DNA of 64,000 nucleotides from an uncultured Planctomycetota bacterium. Its GTDB lineage: Bacteria; Planctomycetota; Planctomycetia; Gemmatales; Gemmataceae. Below are positions 39,666 through 49,806 of this stretch, piece after piece. Numbering within the stretch: position 1 is the stretch's first letter; each line of letters opens with the position of its first letter. A program made the translations under genes and the position numbers. The notes under the pieces are model-generated. The model saw only the letters and a program-made list of their open reading frames with translations, was not told the origin of the DNA and searched no databases. The stretch covers positions 136,853-200,852 of the forward strand of contig CAWATZ010000006.1 of NCBI GenBank assembly GCA_963784995.1, given 5' to 3'.

Positions 39666-42452
39666 TCACTTGCCCGGCGGCAGGGGCACCACGAACGTCC
39701 AGCCCGCGCTGGTCAGGATGGCCTGGCCCGCCGGGACCTTGCGTTTCTCACCCTGCCCCTGCCAGCCGACAACAAGCTCCTCACCTTCCGAGATGCGATA
39801 GCCAAACGCTGTTCCGGCTTTGCTGTCGCCCGGCAGCGACTTCAGCACCTTCGGCGTCAGCTCCTCCAGCGTCCGGGCCTGCTGACCCGTCTCCGCCTGG
39901 TAGAGCCGCAGTGCGACCATCAGTTCGCTGGCCCACAGTCGGGTTTGCGGTTTCGGTTGGCCCCGCCCTGACCAGGGATGGTGGTCGGCGAAGTAGGCTT
40001 CGATCTGGTTGACCGGCCGGGGCAAGGACGACCAATCCACCTTGCGATGAACCAGCAATCGAACCAGCCGTTCTTGCCGGGCCTGCTCCCACGGCGTTCG
40101 CCAGACCAGGGCCATCATCCCGGCCAGCTGGCCCCGGTCGCCCGGGACGGAATGCAACTCGTTCCGAATCCACGCTTCCGGCTGCTGCACCAGGTGCATC
40201 GCCACCAGGTAATCGGCCCGCAAGCTGTTGTCCCTGTCCCGGGCGTTGGCCTTTTCCTGTTCGGTCAGCAGGTCGAGGACCTGACGCAGCAGGTCGGGCC
40301 GATTGTCCAGGCGTTCCAACCAGAGTTCAACACCCCGGAGCAGGTGGTGCTGGGCCCCCTCGGCACGCACGGCAACGTCCGTCGGTTCCAGGTGCCGTAC
40401 CTGACGAACCAGGGCCAGGCCGGTCGCCAGGTTCTCGACGAACACCGCCGGGTCACCCTGGGCTTGCCGCTCCAGGCCCCGGGCCACCAGCAGCCGGGCC
40501 GCCAGCGGAGCATGCTGCGCTGACAGCGGCGCTTCCAACCACTGGTTTCGCCCCTGCACGTCCTCGATCACACTGAGCGGCAACGGCGCCGCCTGTTCGA
40601 GTTCGCGGGCCCAGTTCTGGCGAAACACCTTGTCCAGCCAGAAAGAGAGTTCACGGTCTTCGTCCGGCCGCCAGCCCCGCTCCGCGACCAGGGACGCGAC
40701 GGAAACGAATTTGCCGTCGGTCTCTTCCAGCTTGGCGACCGCCCTCAAGGCGTTCCGTACCAGATCCCCGGCCTTCTCTTTTCTGTCAGCCGCCAGTGTC
40801 TGTTCAAACCCTTCCAGGTCCAGCTCGTCCGCGACCAGCGGCACCTCGACCACACGGTAAGCGATGGCACCGGCATACCACAGCGCTGCCAGGCCGAGGC
40901 CAAGCGTCAGCCCGACCACCGCGCGGCGGGCACCCAGATGGCCAGTCGCCCACGGCCAGAACAGCAGCCGCGACGTGAGCAACAGCAGCAGCGGCGTGCC
41001 CCAGACCTGCCAGGCGTGCAGACCGCCGACCAGCATCGACGGACCCCACAGCAGCCCCAGCAGCAGCGCCCCGCCCAGAGCCACCACCCCGGAGACGATC
41101 GGCTTGTTAATCAGCTGGCCCGCCAGAACGCCCAGGCAGAAACCATAGCCCAGCCACAGGGTCAGATAGGGCCCCAGTTGCAGGAACGGCAGGGTCCGCT
41201 CGATCTCGGTCGGTAGCACTGAAGGGTCCACCTCACGCCGCATCGCCAAGATCAGGAGCCGTACCGCCGCCGGGATCAGCAGCAGCAGGGCCACTCCGAT
41301 CGCCAGGATCAGGTGGAAACCGACCTTGACCGTCCAGACCACGCCGGGCGGCAGCCGTTGCTCGCTCAGCATGCGGCCCGAGCGTTCGGTCTGCTCGTCG
41401 GTGAAGACGGCGATGCCTGCCAGCGCACCCAGAAGCACCGTCAGCACCGGCCAGGCCGTGACTCCCAGGGGCAAGATCATCCCGATCACCGGATACGCGA
41501 CCGCCAGCCAGCAGAACAGCCGGCCCGACTGCCGCCAGTCAAGCCAGAGCAGCGCTGCCACCTGGCTGCGCCAGCGGATCGCGCTGTCCTGGCCCCCCGG
41601 CTGGCTGGCCGCTTCCGTGGGCGGAGCGATCGGGCCGGGCACCCTCTTGGCAGGCCGCTTGCGCCAGCTTTCCCGGGCGCGGCTCGGCCTCGGCCTCGGC
41701 CGGGGTTGCTCGGAGGGCCAGCCGGACGGATGCGGGGCCGTCACGATGCTGGTCGATTGCCGGCGGACGGGGAGGAGCAGGGGAGGCTCCTCGTCAGGTC
41801 CGTCGCTCTGCCGCGACCAATCGACCCGTCCATAGGTGAGCGCCGAGAGGATGATCAGGAGTTCCGCCAGCAGCACGCACAGGCAGAACAGGGGCAGCGG
41901 CCCGTAGGGAGCCAGCTCGCGGATTTGCAAGATCACGGCGTAGACGCCAATCAGCACCGGGGCCGCCAGCGCCTGGCCCACGACTCCGGCCAGGACCGCC
42001 CCCATCGAGGTCCGGGTCCGGCCCGAGAAGAACAACCCCCAGGAAAAACCCATTCCCCCCACCCCGACCAGGGCCACCAGCCCGACCGCCGCCCGGCCCG
42101 GGTCCGGAAGCGCGTCCGATCCAATCAGGATTGCCCAGAGGACCAGGACGTGAGCCAGCACCAGCGCGACGCCGCTGAGGCACTTCACCCCCCAGACCGC
42201 CAGCTTCCTGGCCGGCAGCGTTTCCAGGAACGCCGCCGTTCCGCCCTCCCGCTCCCCCGCCAGCAGGATGGCCCCGACCACCATGCCGTAGACGTAGGCG
42301 ATGGTGCCGAAGTACAGGTTGAGCACCCACCGCGGCATGTCGGGCTCCAGCACGGTGATTTGCAGCACCAGCACGACCACCGCCAGCAACGCCATGGCCA
42401 GCCAGATCAGCCGTTGCTCGCGATAGACCTTCCAGACCAGTACGCCACTCAT
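39666..42452 (-). CDS. 928-aa fusion protein: two tandem ABC-2-type permease domains plus a roughly 400-aa C-terminal helical domain (paralogue 1 of 3)
   Basis: ABC-2 hallmark ILLAGEREGGTAAFLETLPARKLAVWGVK near the N-terminus, and a second copy FTDEQTERSGRMLSEQRLPPGVVWTVKVG after a Pro/Arg-rich linker. C-terminal domain conserved with the two upstream paralogues (LVARGLERQAQGDPAVF...LEELTPKVL...VPLPPGK). Confidence 0.8.
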   Translation of the reverse strand: MSGVLVWKVYREQRLIWLAMALLAVVVLVLQITVLEPDMPRWVLNLYFGTIAYVYGMVVGAILLAGEREGGTAAFLETLPARKLAVWGVKCLSGVALVLAHVLVLWAILIGSDALPDPGRAAVGLVALVGVGGMGFSWGLFFSGRTRTSMGAVLAGVVGQALAAPVLIGVYAVILQIRELAPYGPLPLFCLCVLLAELLIILSALTYGRVDWSRQSDGPDEEPPLLLPVRRQSTSIVTAPHPSGWPSEQPRPRPRPSRARESWRKRPAKRVPGPIAPPTEAASQPGGQDSAIRWRSQVAALLWLDWRQSGRLFCWLAVAYPVIGMILPLGVTAWPVLTVLLGALAGIAVFTDEQTERSGRMLSEQRLPPGVVWTVKVGFHLILAIGVALLLLIPAAVRLLILAMRREVDPSVLPTEIERTLPFLQLGPYLTLWLGYGFCLGVLAGQLINKPIVSGVVALGGALLLGLLWGPSMLVGGLHAWQVWGTPLLLLLTSRLLFWPWATGHLGARRAVVGLTLGLGLAALWYAGAIAYRVVEVPLVADELDLEGFEQTLAADRKEKAGDLVRNALRAVAKLEETDGKFVSVASLVAERGWRPDEDRELSFWLDKVFRQNWARELEQAAPLPLSVIEDVQGRNQWLEAPLSAQHAPLAARLLVARGLERQAQGDPAVFVENLATGLALVRQVRHLEPTDVAVRAEGAQHHLLRGVELWLERLDNRPDLLRQVLDLLTEQEKANARDRDNSLRADYLVAMHLVQQPEAWIRNELHSVPGDRGQLAGMMALVWRTPWEQARQERLVRLLVHRKVDWSSLPRPVNQIEAYFADHHPWSGRGQPKPQTRLWASELMVALRLYQAETGQQARTLEELTPKVLKSLPGDSKAGTAFGYRISEGEELVVGWQGQGEKRKVPAGQAILTSAGWTFVVPLPPGK

Positions 42453-42492
42453 GGTCCTGTCTCCGTATCTCTTGTCCTCGCTGTCCCGGTTG

Positions 42493-45400
42493 CTATTTCG
42501 ACTTCGTGATTTTGTCCCACCGGCCCGGGAAAACCTTGACCACGGGCTCGTTCAGGCTTTCGCGCAATTGTTCCCGGATGGCCAGCGTCGCCGCTCGTAC
42601 CGTCAATCCTTTGACGGAAACCTTGCCGTATTTTGCGCCCAAATCGATTTCGCCATTGTCGGCGTTGACCTTGTAACTGCCGTAAATCGGCGCCCACGAC
42701 CAGGTGCCGGAAACCAGGATCGTTAGCTCTTGCCCACCAACGACTCGATGGGGCTGCCTGGGTTCGGACACGTTTCGCCAGCCCGAGACGTGGCCAGCCG
42801 GCCTGATTGAAGCGGCTGGGTTTTTCAATTTCTTGGCTAACTGAGACATCACGGCTGTGCAGGCTTCTTCGAGCGTCAGGCCCTTGACGAGGACGCTGCC
42901 GTAACGCTCGTCGAGGTCGAGAGTGCCATCGGCGTCAACGAAGTAAGGGCCACCAATTGGATCGTTCGGGAGCCCTTCCGCCACTGTAACTTGCAGGACG
43001 TCGTAGGGTTTCAGGATGACCTGCGGCAGAGGCACCAGGAACATCTCACTCTTGAAGGTCAAAAGCGCCTGCCCCGGCGGAAGAGGCAATTCCTCGGGCC
43101 AGTCCGGGTTTTCTTTCCCGTCGGAAAGCCAGTAGTCGATCGGCTCTCCGGTGCCGGGGTCAATGGGCACACTCGGCAGAATGTTTGGCGTCAGTTCCTC
43201 CAGATTCCGGGCTGGCCGACCGGCCTCTGCCTGGAACAGACGTAGGGCCACCATTACTTTCCGAGCCTGCACCGGGGTGGTGGTGTCCTTGAATGGGGCG
43301 TAGGTGTTCCAGGAGTGATACCCCGGAAACAGCACCTTGCGCGACAGCAGCGAGGGCAAGGGACAGGCAACCCCACCCTCGTTGGCCAGCTGGCGGATCA
43401 GCCGCTGCAGCCGGGCTTGCTCCCAGGGCGTCTGCCAGGCGGTCGCCATCAGGGCCGCCAGGAGGTCGCCTTCGGCGTGCTGGCCCCGGACGACCTGGCA
43501 AGCCCACGATTCCGGCCGCCTGACCGCGTTCATGGCGATCAGGTAATCGGCGCGGTAGGCATTGTCCGCTTCCTCCGCAGTGGCCTGTTCGTGTCGGCGC
43601 AGCAGCTCCAGGGCCCGGCGCAGCAGATCGGGCCGGCCGTGCAGGCGCTCCAGCCAGCGCTCCACGCCGCGCAGCAAGTCCCGTTCCGCAGGCTCGGCAA
43701 TGGGATAAAGCGGGGCCGGCGCCAGGTGACGCAGTTGCCGGATCAGGGCCAGCCCGGTTTCCAGGTGTTCGAGAAACACCGCTGGGTCGCCCCGAGCTTG
43801 CAACTGCAGCCCTCGCGCCACCAGCACCTGAACCACCTCCGCGTCCTGGTTCCGAAACGTTGCAGTCGTGCGATCCCCTGGGAACCTGCTTTGCACGTCC
43901 TCGACCACGCCGAGCGGTCGCCGAACCGTTTCGGCCAGCTTGTCGGGCCAGGGGCATCGGTAGAACGCATCCAGCCAGCTGGATGGCGTCTCCCGTTCGT
44001 GTTTCCACCACCCCTCGCTGGGAATGTTCAGGCTTTGCAGTTCGTCCCACCCGATCCTCCATCTTTGCGGCCGGTCCCATTTGCCCCTCCATTCTTTCTC
44101 CTGGAGCGTGGTAACTCCGTTGACGATCGTGCGGAGGCGAAACCCGGTCTCGGTTTTGCGCGCCGCCTCCAGGGAACGCTCGAAGCCCGCCAGGTCCAGC
44201 CGATCCTCCACCAGCGGCACTTCGATCACACGATAGGTCAGGGCCCCGACAAACCACAGCACCGCCAGCGTCAGCCCCGAGGCCAGCCGCAACGTGGCCC
44301 TGCGCGAGCCGAGTTGGTCGGTCGCCCACGGCCAGAGCAACAACCGGACCGTCAGCAGAAGCAGCACCGGCACACCCCAGTATTGCCAGGCGTGCAGACC
44401 GCCCACCAGCGCCGACGGCAGCCACAGTCCCACCAACAGCAGCGAGGCAGCCACGGCGACCGCTCCCACAATCACCGGCTTGCGGAAGAACAAGCCGCAC
44501 AGACAGCTGACGCTGAAACCATGCACGAGCCCCAGAATCAGATACGGTCCCATCTGCACGTAGGGGGCCAGCAGGTGCATCGGTGTCGGGTCTTTGGGCC
44601 TGGCTCCCAGCACTTGCAGGAACGCGACCCGGACCGCAGCCGGGAGCAGCATCAGCTGGACCACGCCCAGCGCCAGGACCAGGCGGGCCCCGACCTTCAC
44701 GGCCCAGACCCGGCCCAGTGGCAGCCGTTGCTCCGCCAGGAAACGCGCGCTGGCCTGGACCTGTTCGCCGGCGAAGACACTGACCCCGGCGATCACGCCC
44801 AGCAGTAGCGTCAGCACCGGCCAGCCCAGCACCCCCAGGGACAGGCAGCCCGCGACCAGGCCGGCACCCGCCAGCCACAGGAAGAGTTTGCCCCCCTGAC
44901 GCATCTCCAGCCAGAACACCGCGCTCAGCTGCCTCACCCAGCCCGGTGGCCCCGTGCCATCGGCCGGCTCCGGCACCGGCCGGGCGGGTGCTGCCGAGGG
45001 GGGTTGACGCGGCGGGGTCAGCCAGGGGTCTTCCGGTCCAACGTCCGGGGCTGGCTGCTGCCGCTGTTCGCCGAGGGAGGGCCCATCATCGAGGAGGAAG
45101 CGAGCGGCCTGCAGTTCCAGCTCCGGGGAGGCGGGATCGGACTCCGGAGGGAAATCGCCCGCGCACACCTTCCTGTCATCCACTTGCGGCCGCTGATCGC
45201 GCCGGGCCTCGCTCGCCCCCGATCCCAGGATCAGTCCCACGACCACCGGCAGACAGCACAAGACCAGGGAGAGGGGCTCGACCGGCGAGCCGGGCGGCGT
45301 ATGCATCAGGTCAAGGAGCGCGTTGGAGATGGCAATGGTGATCGGTGCCGCCACGATCTGTCCCACCATCGCGGCGAAGATCGCTCCCATGGCGGTTTTG

Positions 45401-45834
45401 GTTTGGCCCGAGAAGAACAGTCCCCAGGCGAAACCCAGCGTTGCCACTCCCGCCAGGGCCAGCAGCAGCACCAAGCCCCAGGACCAATCCACCAGGATCG
45501 CATCCAGCAGCAGGAGCCAGAGCAACACCACCTGGGCCAGCACCAGCACCAGACCGGACCAGCATTTGACCCACCAGACGGTCACCCGTTTGACCGGCAG
45601 GACTTCCAGAAAGGTCGCGGTCCCCGCCTCCCTCTCGCCGGCCAGCAGCACCGCCCCGACCACCAGCCCGTAGACGTACGCAAACAGGCAGAACAGCCGG
45701 CCCAGGGCTTCCCGCTGCAGGTCGCGCTCCAGCAGCGTCAACCGCAGCAGCACGGCGCACCCCGCCAGCACGGCCATGGCCAGCCAGACCAGGCGTTGCT
45801 CCCGGTAGACCTTCCAGACCAGCACTTTGGTCAT
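42493..45834 (-). CDS. 1113-aa paralogue 2: double ABC-2 permease fusion with the same C-terminal domain plus about 175 extra residues containing two Poly_export/SLBB-like beta-grasp repeats
   Basis: MTKVLVWKVYREQRLVWLAMAVLAG...LLAGEREAGTATFLEVLPVKRV. C-terminal extension ILKPYDVLQVTVAEGLPNDPIGGPYFVDADGTLDLDERYGSVLVKGLTLEEACTAVMSQL and a second VNADNGEIDLGAKYGKVSVKGLTVRAATLAIREQL unit resemble Wza-type polysaccharide-export domains. Confidence 0.8.
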   Translation of the reverse strand: MTKVLVWKVYREQRLVWLAMAVLAGCAVLLRLTLLERDLQREALGRLFCLFAYVYGLVVGAVLLAGEREAGTATFLEVLPVKRVTVWWVKCWSGLVLVLAQVVLLWLLLLDAILVDWSWGLVLLLALAGVATLGFAWGLFFSGQTKTAMGAIFAAMVGQIVAAPITIAISNALLDLMHTPPGSPVEPLSLVLCCLPVVVGLILGSGASEARRDQRPQVDDRKVCAGDFPPESDPASPELELQAARFLLDDGPSLGEQRQQPAPDVGPEDPWLTPPRQPPSAAPARPVPEPADGTGPPGWVRQLSAVFWLEMRQGGKLFLWLAGAGLVAGCLSLGVLGWPVLTLLLGVIAGVSVFAGEQVQASARFLAEQRLPLGRVWAVKVGARLVLALGVVQLMLLPAAVRVAFLQVLGARPKDPTPMHLLAPYVQMGPYLILGLVHGFSVSCLCGLFFRKPVIVGAVAVAASLLLVGLWLPSALVGGLHAWQYWGVPVLLLLTVRLLLWPWATDQLGSRRATLRLASGLTLAVLWFVGALTYRVIEVPLVEDRLDLAGFERSLEAARKTETGFRLRTIVNGVTTLQEKEWRGKWDRPQRWRIGWDELQSLNIPSEGWWKHERETPSSWLDAFYRCPWPDKLAETVRRPLGVVEDVQSRFPGDRTTATFRNQDAEVVQVLVARGLQLQARGDPAVFLEHLETGLALIRQLRHLAPAPLYPIAEPAERDLLRGVERWLERLHGRPDLLRRALELLRRHEQATAEEADNAYRADYLIAMNAVRRPESWACQVVRGQHAEGDLLAALMATAWQTPWEQARLQRLIRQLANEGGVACPLPSLLSRKVLFPGYHSWNTYAPFKDTTTPVQARKVMVALRLFQAEAGRPARNLEELTPNILPSVPIDPGTGEPIDYWLSDGKENPDWPEELPLPPGQALLTFKSEMFLVPLPQVILKPYDVLQVTVAEGLPNDPIGGPYFVDADGTLDLDERYGSVLVKGLTLEEACTAVMSQLAKKLKNPAASIRPAGHVSGWRNVSEPRQPHRVVGGQELTILVSGTWSWAPIYGSYKVNADNGEIDLGAKYGKVSVKGLTVRAATLAIREQLRESLNEPVVKVFPGRWDKITKSK

Positions 45835-45859
45835 GGTCCTGTCTCCGTTTCGGGCTTTC

Positions 45860-46010
45860 TTTCTCCCCTCTCCCCTTGAGGGAGAGGGGGTGGGGTGAGG
45901 GGAAGAGCCTGGCTGATTTATCGTTTCGCACTGATCCAGGTGAGCGCGAAACGATAAATCGAAGACAACCCTTCACCCCCAAACCCTCTCCCTCAAGGGG
46001 AGAGGGGAGA
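45860..46010. repeat. composite nested palindrome: CCCTCTCCC hairpin, family-1 REP core (tgatttatcgtttcgcac...gcgcgaaacgataaatcga), CCCTCTCCC hairpin
   Basis: 45866-45890 cccctctccccttgagggagagggg; 45914-45962 REP core; 45984-46007 ccctctccctcaaggggagaggg. Lies between the paralogue-3 stop and the paralogue-2 start. Confidence 0.85.
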
Positions 46011-46020
46011 AGGATCTCCG

Positions 46021-48859
46021 TCACTTCTGCGGCGGCAGCGGCACCCGGAACGTCTCCCCCTTGATGGTCAAGGTCCCCTGCCCCGCTGGACCTTTGTCGC
46101 CGCCGGCCAGCCGATAGCCGACCGGCTGGCCAGTGGCGCGGTCAATGGGCACCGCCGGGAGAATGTTCGGCGTCAACTCCTCCAGCGTCCGGGCCGGCCG
46201 ACCGGCCTCCACCTGGAAAAGCCGCAGAGCGACCATCAATTCCCGGGCCTGCACCCGGGTCGTGTCCTGGAGAGAGGCGTAGCTGTTCTGGGATTGGTAA
46301 CCCGGAAACAGCAACTTGCGCGTCAGCGGCGGCGGCAAGGGATGAGCCACGGCCCCCTCGTTCGCCAGTTGGCGGATCAGCCGCTGCAGCCGGGCCTCCT
46401 CCCACGGCGTCTTCCAGGACGCTGCCGTCAGCCCGGCCAGCAGGTTGCCGTCCGCGTGCTGGGAACGCAAGACCCTGCACGCCCACGAATCCGGGCCGCC
46501 CGCCACCTTCACCGCGTTCATCGCCACCAGGTAATCGGCACGCAGGGCGTTGTCTCCTTCCTTCACTGTCGCCTGCTCGTGCCGGCGCAGCAGCTCCAGG
46601 GCCCGGCGAAGCAGATCGGGCCGGCCGTCCAGACGTTCCAGCCAGCGCTCCACGCCGCGCAGCAGGTCCAGTTCCGCGGACACGGCATGGGGATAGAGGG
46701 GTGACGGCTCCAGATGGCGAACCTGCCGCACCAATGCCAGCCCCGTCTCCAGGTGTTCGAGAAACGCAGCCGGGTCGCCCCGGGCTTGCAACTGCAAGTC
46801 CTCGGGCCACCAGCACCTGGGCCACCGAGGGTGCGAGTTCGATTGCCAGCGCCGGCGTTGGAATCAGCTGATCCTTCGGACTCATGCCCTGCACGTCCTC
46901 GACCACGCCGAGCGGTCGGCGCACTGTTTCCCCTAACTGCCCGCACCACGGCAGACGGAAGAACTCATCCAGCCAGCGGGACAACCACTCCTCCTTGGCC
47001 GGCCAGCCATCGGCGGGAATCTTCAGCCTCTCCAGCTCGCTCCACCCATCCCCCCATCCCTCCCGCTGCAGCCTGGGGACCTGGTTCAGAGCGGTACGGA
47101 GGCGAATCCCCGTCTCGGTTTTGCGCGCGTCCTCCAGAGATTGCTCAAAGCCGGCCAGGTCCAGCCGGTCTTCCACCGAGGGCACCTCAAGGACACGGTA
47201 GGCGAGCGATCCGACAAACCACAGGAGCGCCAGGGTCAGCCCCGAGGCCAGCCGCACCACAGCTGTGCGTGAGCCAAGCCGGCCGGTCGCCCACGGCCAG
47301 ACCAGCAGCCGCACCGTCAGCAACAGCAGGATCGGCAGGCCCCAGTATTGCCAGGCGTGCAAGCCGCCGACGACCAGCGAGGGAACCCACAGCAGAAGGA
47401 ACAGCAGCGACGCGGCCACGGCGATGGCCCCGGCGATCACCGGCTTGCGGAAGAGCAGGCCGCACAGGCAGCCGATGCTGAAACCATGCACCAGCCCCAC
47501 GGTCAGGTACGGTCCCAGTTGCAGATACGGGGCCAGCAGGTGGAGCTGCGTCGGGGCTGCGTCGAAAGCGCCGAATTCCAGCACCTCCCGGATCGCGACC
47601 CAGACCGCAGCCGGGAGGAGCATCAGCTGGACACAGGCCAGCCCCAGGGCCAGGCGGGCGCCGACCTTGAAGGCCCAGATTCGGCCCAGCGGCAGCCGTT
47701 GCTCGGCCAGAAAGCGCTCGGTGGCCTGGACCTGTTCGCCAGCGAAGACGCTGACCCCGGCGATCACGCCCAGCAGCAGCGTCAGCACCGGCCAGCCCAG
47801 CACCCACCACAAGGGCACGCAGCCCCCGACCAGGGCGGCACCCCCAGCCACAGGAACAGCATCCCGGACTGCCGCATCTCCAGCCAGCACACCGCGGCCA
47901 GCTGCGAACGCCAGGCCGGCAGCGGCGTTGCGGCGGCGGCCGGGCCCTTTTCCGGCGTTGAGGAAGCAGGCGTTTCCTCGCTCCGTTCCTTCTCTCTGGC
48001 GGGCCTATTTGCTGGCCGTCGCGAATCCTCTTGCCTTGCTCTTCGCGGCCGAGCCCGCCAGGGACCTGCCTCCGGGTCTTCCGGCTCGGGCCATTCGTCA
48101 AGGAGACTCGGTGCCGGCCGCTCGAACCGGGGAAGGGGTGGAGGAGAATCCTGCTCGCGACTCCTGCCGAGCCACGGGCACGCGCTGATCGAGCCAGACG
48201 TGGAACACACCGGAAGCGATGATTGGCGCCACGATCAGCAGCAGGCCAAGCACCAGGAAGACCGTTCGCCGGATCGCCAGGAGTTGCTCGTCCGACAGGC
48301 TTCCGGGCGTTGCTTGCTGCACGTCGGTTCCGATCACGTAAATGAGGCCGTCCAGCCAGAACAGCGGCAGCACCGCGACCAGCTGTCCCCCGATCCCGGC
48401 GAAGATGGCCCCCATCGCGGTTTGCATTCGAGCCGAGAAGAACAGGCCCCAGGCAAAGCCCAGCAGCGCCGCGCCCAGCATCACCAGCAGAAACCACAGT
48501 CCCCAGGGCCAATCGCGCATGACCTCGGACAGCAGCAGATACCACAGGAACAGCACCTGCGTCAGGATCAGGAGAACGCCCGCCGTGCATTTCACCCACC
48601 AGACCGATACCCGCCTGACCGGCAAGGATTCCAGGAAAGCCGCCGTCCCTCCCTCCCTTTCCCCGGCCAGCAGGATGGCCCCGACCACCAGCCCGTAGAC
48701 GTAGGCAAACGAACCGAAGAGAGTGCTCAAGGTGTCCCGCGGCAGGTCGCGCTCCATGATGGTCACGCGGAGCAGCACGGCACCGGCCGCCAGCACCGCA
48801 ATGGCCAGCCAGACCCAGCGCTGCTCCCGGTACACCTTCCACACCAGCACCCCGGTCAT
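46021..48859 (-). pseudogene. paralogue 3 of the double ABC-2 permease fusion family, disrupted by at least three frameshifts
   Basis: N-terminus 48859..48098 (MTGVLVWKVYREQRWVWLAIAVLAAG...LLAGEREGGTAAFLESLPVRRV). Second permease domain in frame 46142..47890 (GWPVLTLLLGVIAGVSVFAGEQVQATERFLAEQRLPLGRIW). C-terminal domain in frame 46021..46797 (MQLQARGDPAAFLEHLETGLALVRQ...VPLPPQK). A 1-bp length difference relative to paralogue 2 in ...gcaagtcctcgggccaccag. Confidence 0.7.
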
Positions 48860-49806
48860 GGGACTTCCTCCCGGTTGCTTTCCGTCAGGTCGGACCCCAG
48901 CAGTGAGCCATTCGCGGACGGCTGCGGCCGCTGCTGACCCAGCAAAGCCGTGTACATCTCCTCCAGGTCGAGCGGCTTTTCCTCCACCTCGCTGACGCCG
49001 TCGCTGCTCGCCAGCTGGACCAGGGCGTCCGGGTCCGGATCGAGCAGCACCAGCTCCATCTGCCGGCCCAGCTGCTCGGTTTGCAGCAGCGTGCCCAGCC
49101 CGCTGGGATCGAAGGCCGTCTCACAGCGCATCCGCACCCGCACAAAGCGCTGCCGGACTTCATCCAGCAGCCCCGCCAGCAGCAGCTTGCCGTTGGAGAG
49201 GAAGGCGACGTGGCTGGCGACCCGCTCCACCTCGGCCACCGCATGGCTGGAGATCAGGATGGTCCGCCCGGCCCCGGCCTGCTCGACCATGCCGGCCAGG
49301 AACTCCTTGCGCGTGAACAGGTCCAGGCCCGAGGTCGGCTCATCGAGAATCAGCACCTCGGGATCGATCGCCAGGGCCAGGGCCAGGCCGACCTTGGCAT
49401 AGCCGCCCTTGGACAGGTCGCGCAGCCGGGCGCCGCGCTCCAGGCCCAGACGCTCGGCGATCCCCTGAAAACGCGATCGGTACGCCGGCTTGTGAAAGCC
49501 GCCGACGAACCAGCCGATCTCATCGACCGTCATCCAGTCGTAGAACTTCGGCCGTTCCGGGACGTAACCGATGCGCTGCCGCAGCTCCAGGGCGTCGCGC
49601 CAGCAATCCTTGCCAAGCACCTCGGCCCGGCCGCCGTCGGCCGGCAGCTGACCGGTGAGGATGCGGATGGTGGTCGATTTGCCCGCTCCGTTGTCTCCCA
49701 GAAGAGCGCAGATGGCCCCCGAGGAGACGGTCAGATCCAGGCCCTGCACGGCGACCTTGCGGCCGAAACGCTTTCGCAGATGGTGAATGTTGATGACCGC
49801 GCTCAC
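48856..49806 (-). CDS. ABC transporter ATP-binding protein (ABC-2/DrrA-type)
   Basis: Walker A GDNGAGKSTTIRIL, signature LSKGGYAKVGLALAL, Walker B ILDEPTSGLD. The stop overlaps the paralogue-3 start. The start overlaps the gntR stop. Confidence 0.85.
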   Translation of the reverse strand: MSAVINIHHLRKRFGRKVAVQGLDLTVSSGAICALLGDNGAGKSTTIRILTGQLPADGGRAEVLGKDCWRDALELRQRIGYVPERPKFYDWMTVDEIGWFVGGFHKPAYRSRFQGIAERLGLERGARLRDLSKGGYAKVGLALALAIDPEVLILDEPTSGLDLFTRKEFLAGMVEQAGAGRTILISSHAVAEVERVASHVAFLSNGKLLLAGLLDEVRQRFVRVRMRCETAFDPSGLGTLLQTEQLGRQMELVLLDPDPDALVQLASSDGVSEVEEKPLDLEEMYTALLGQQRPQPSANGSLLGSDLTESNREEVP

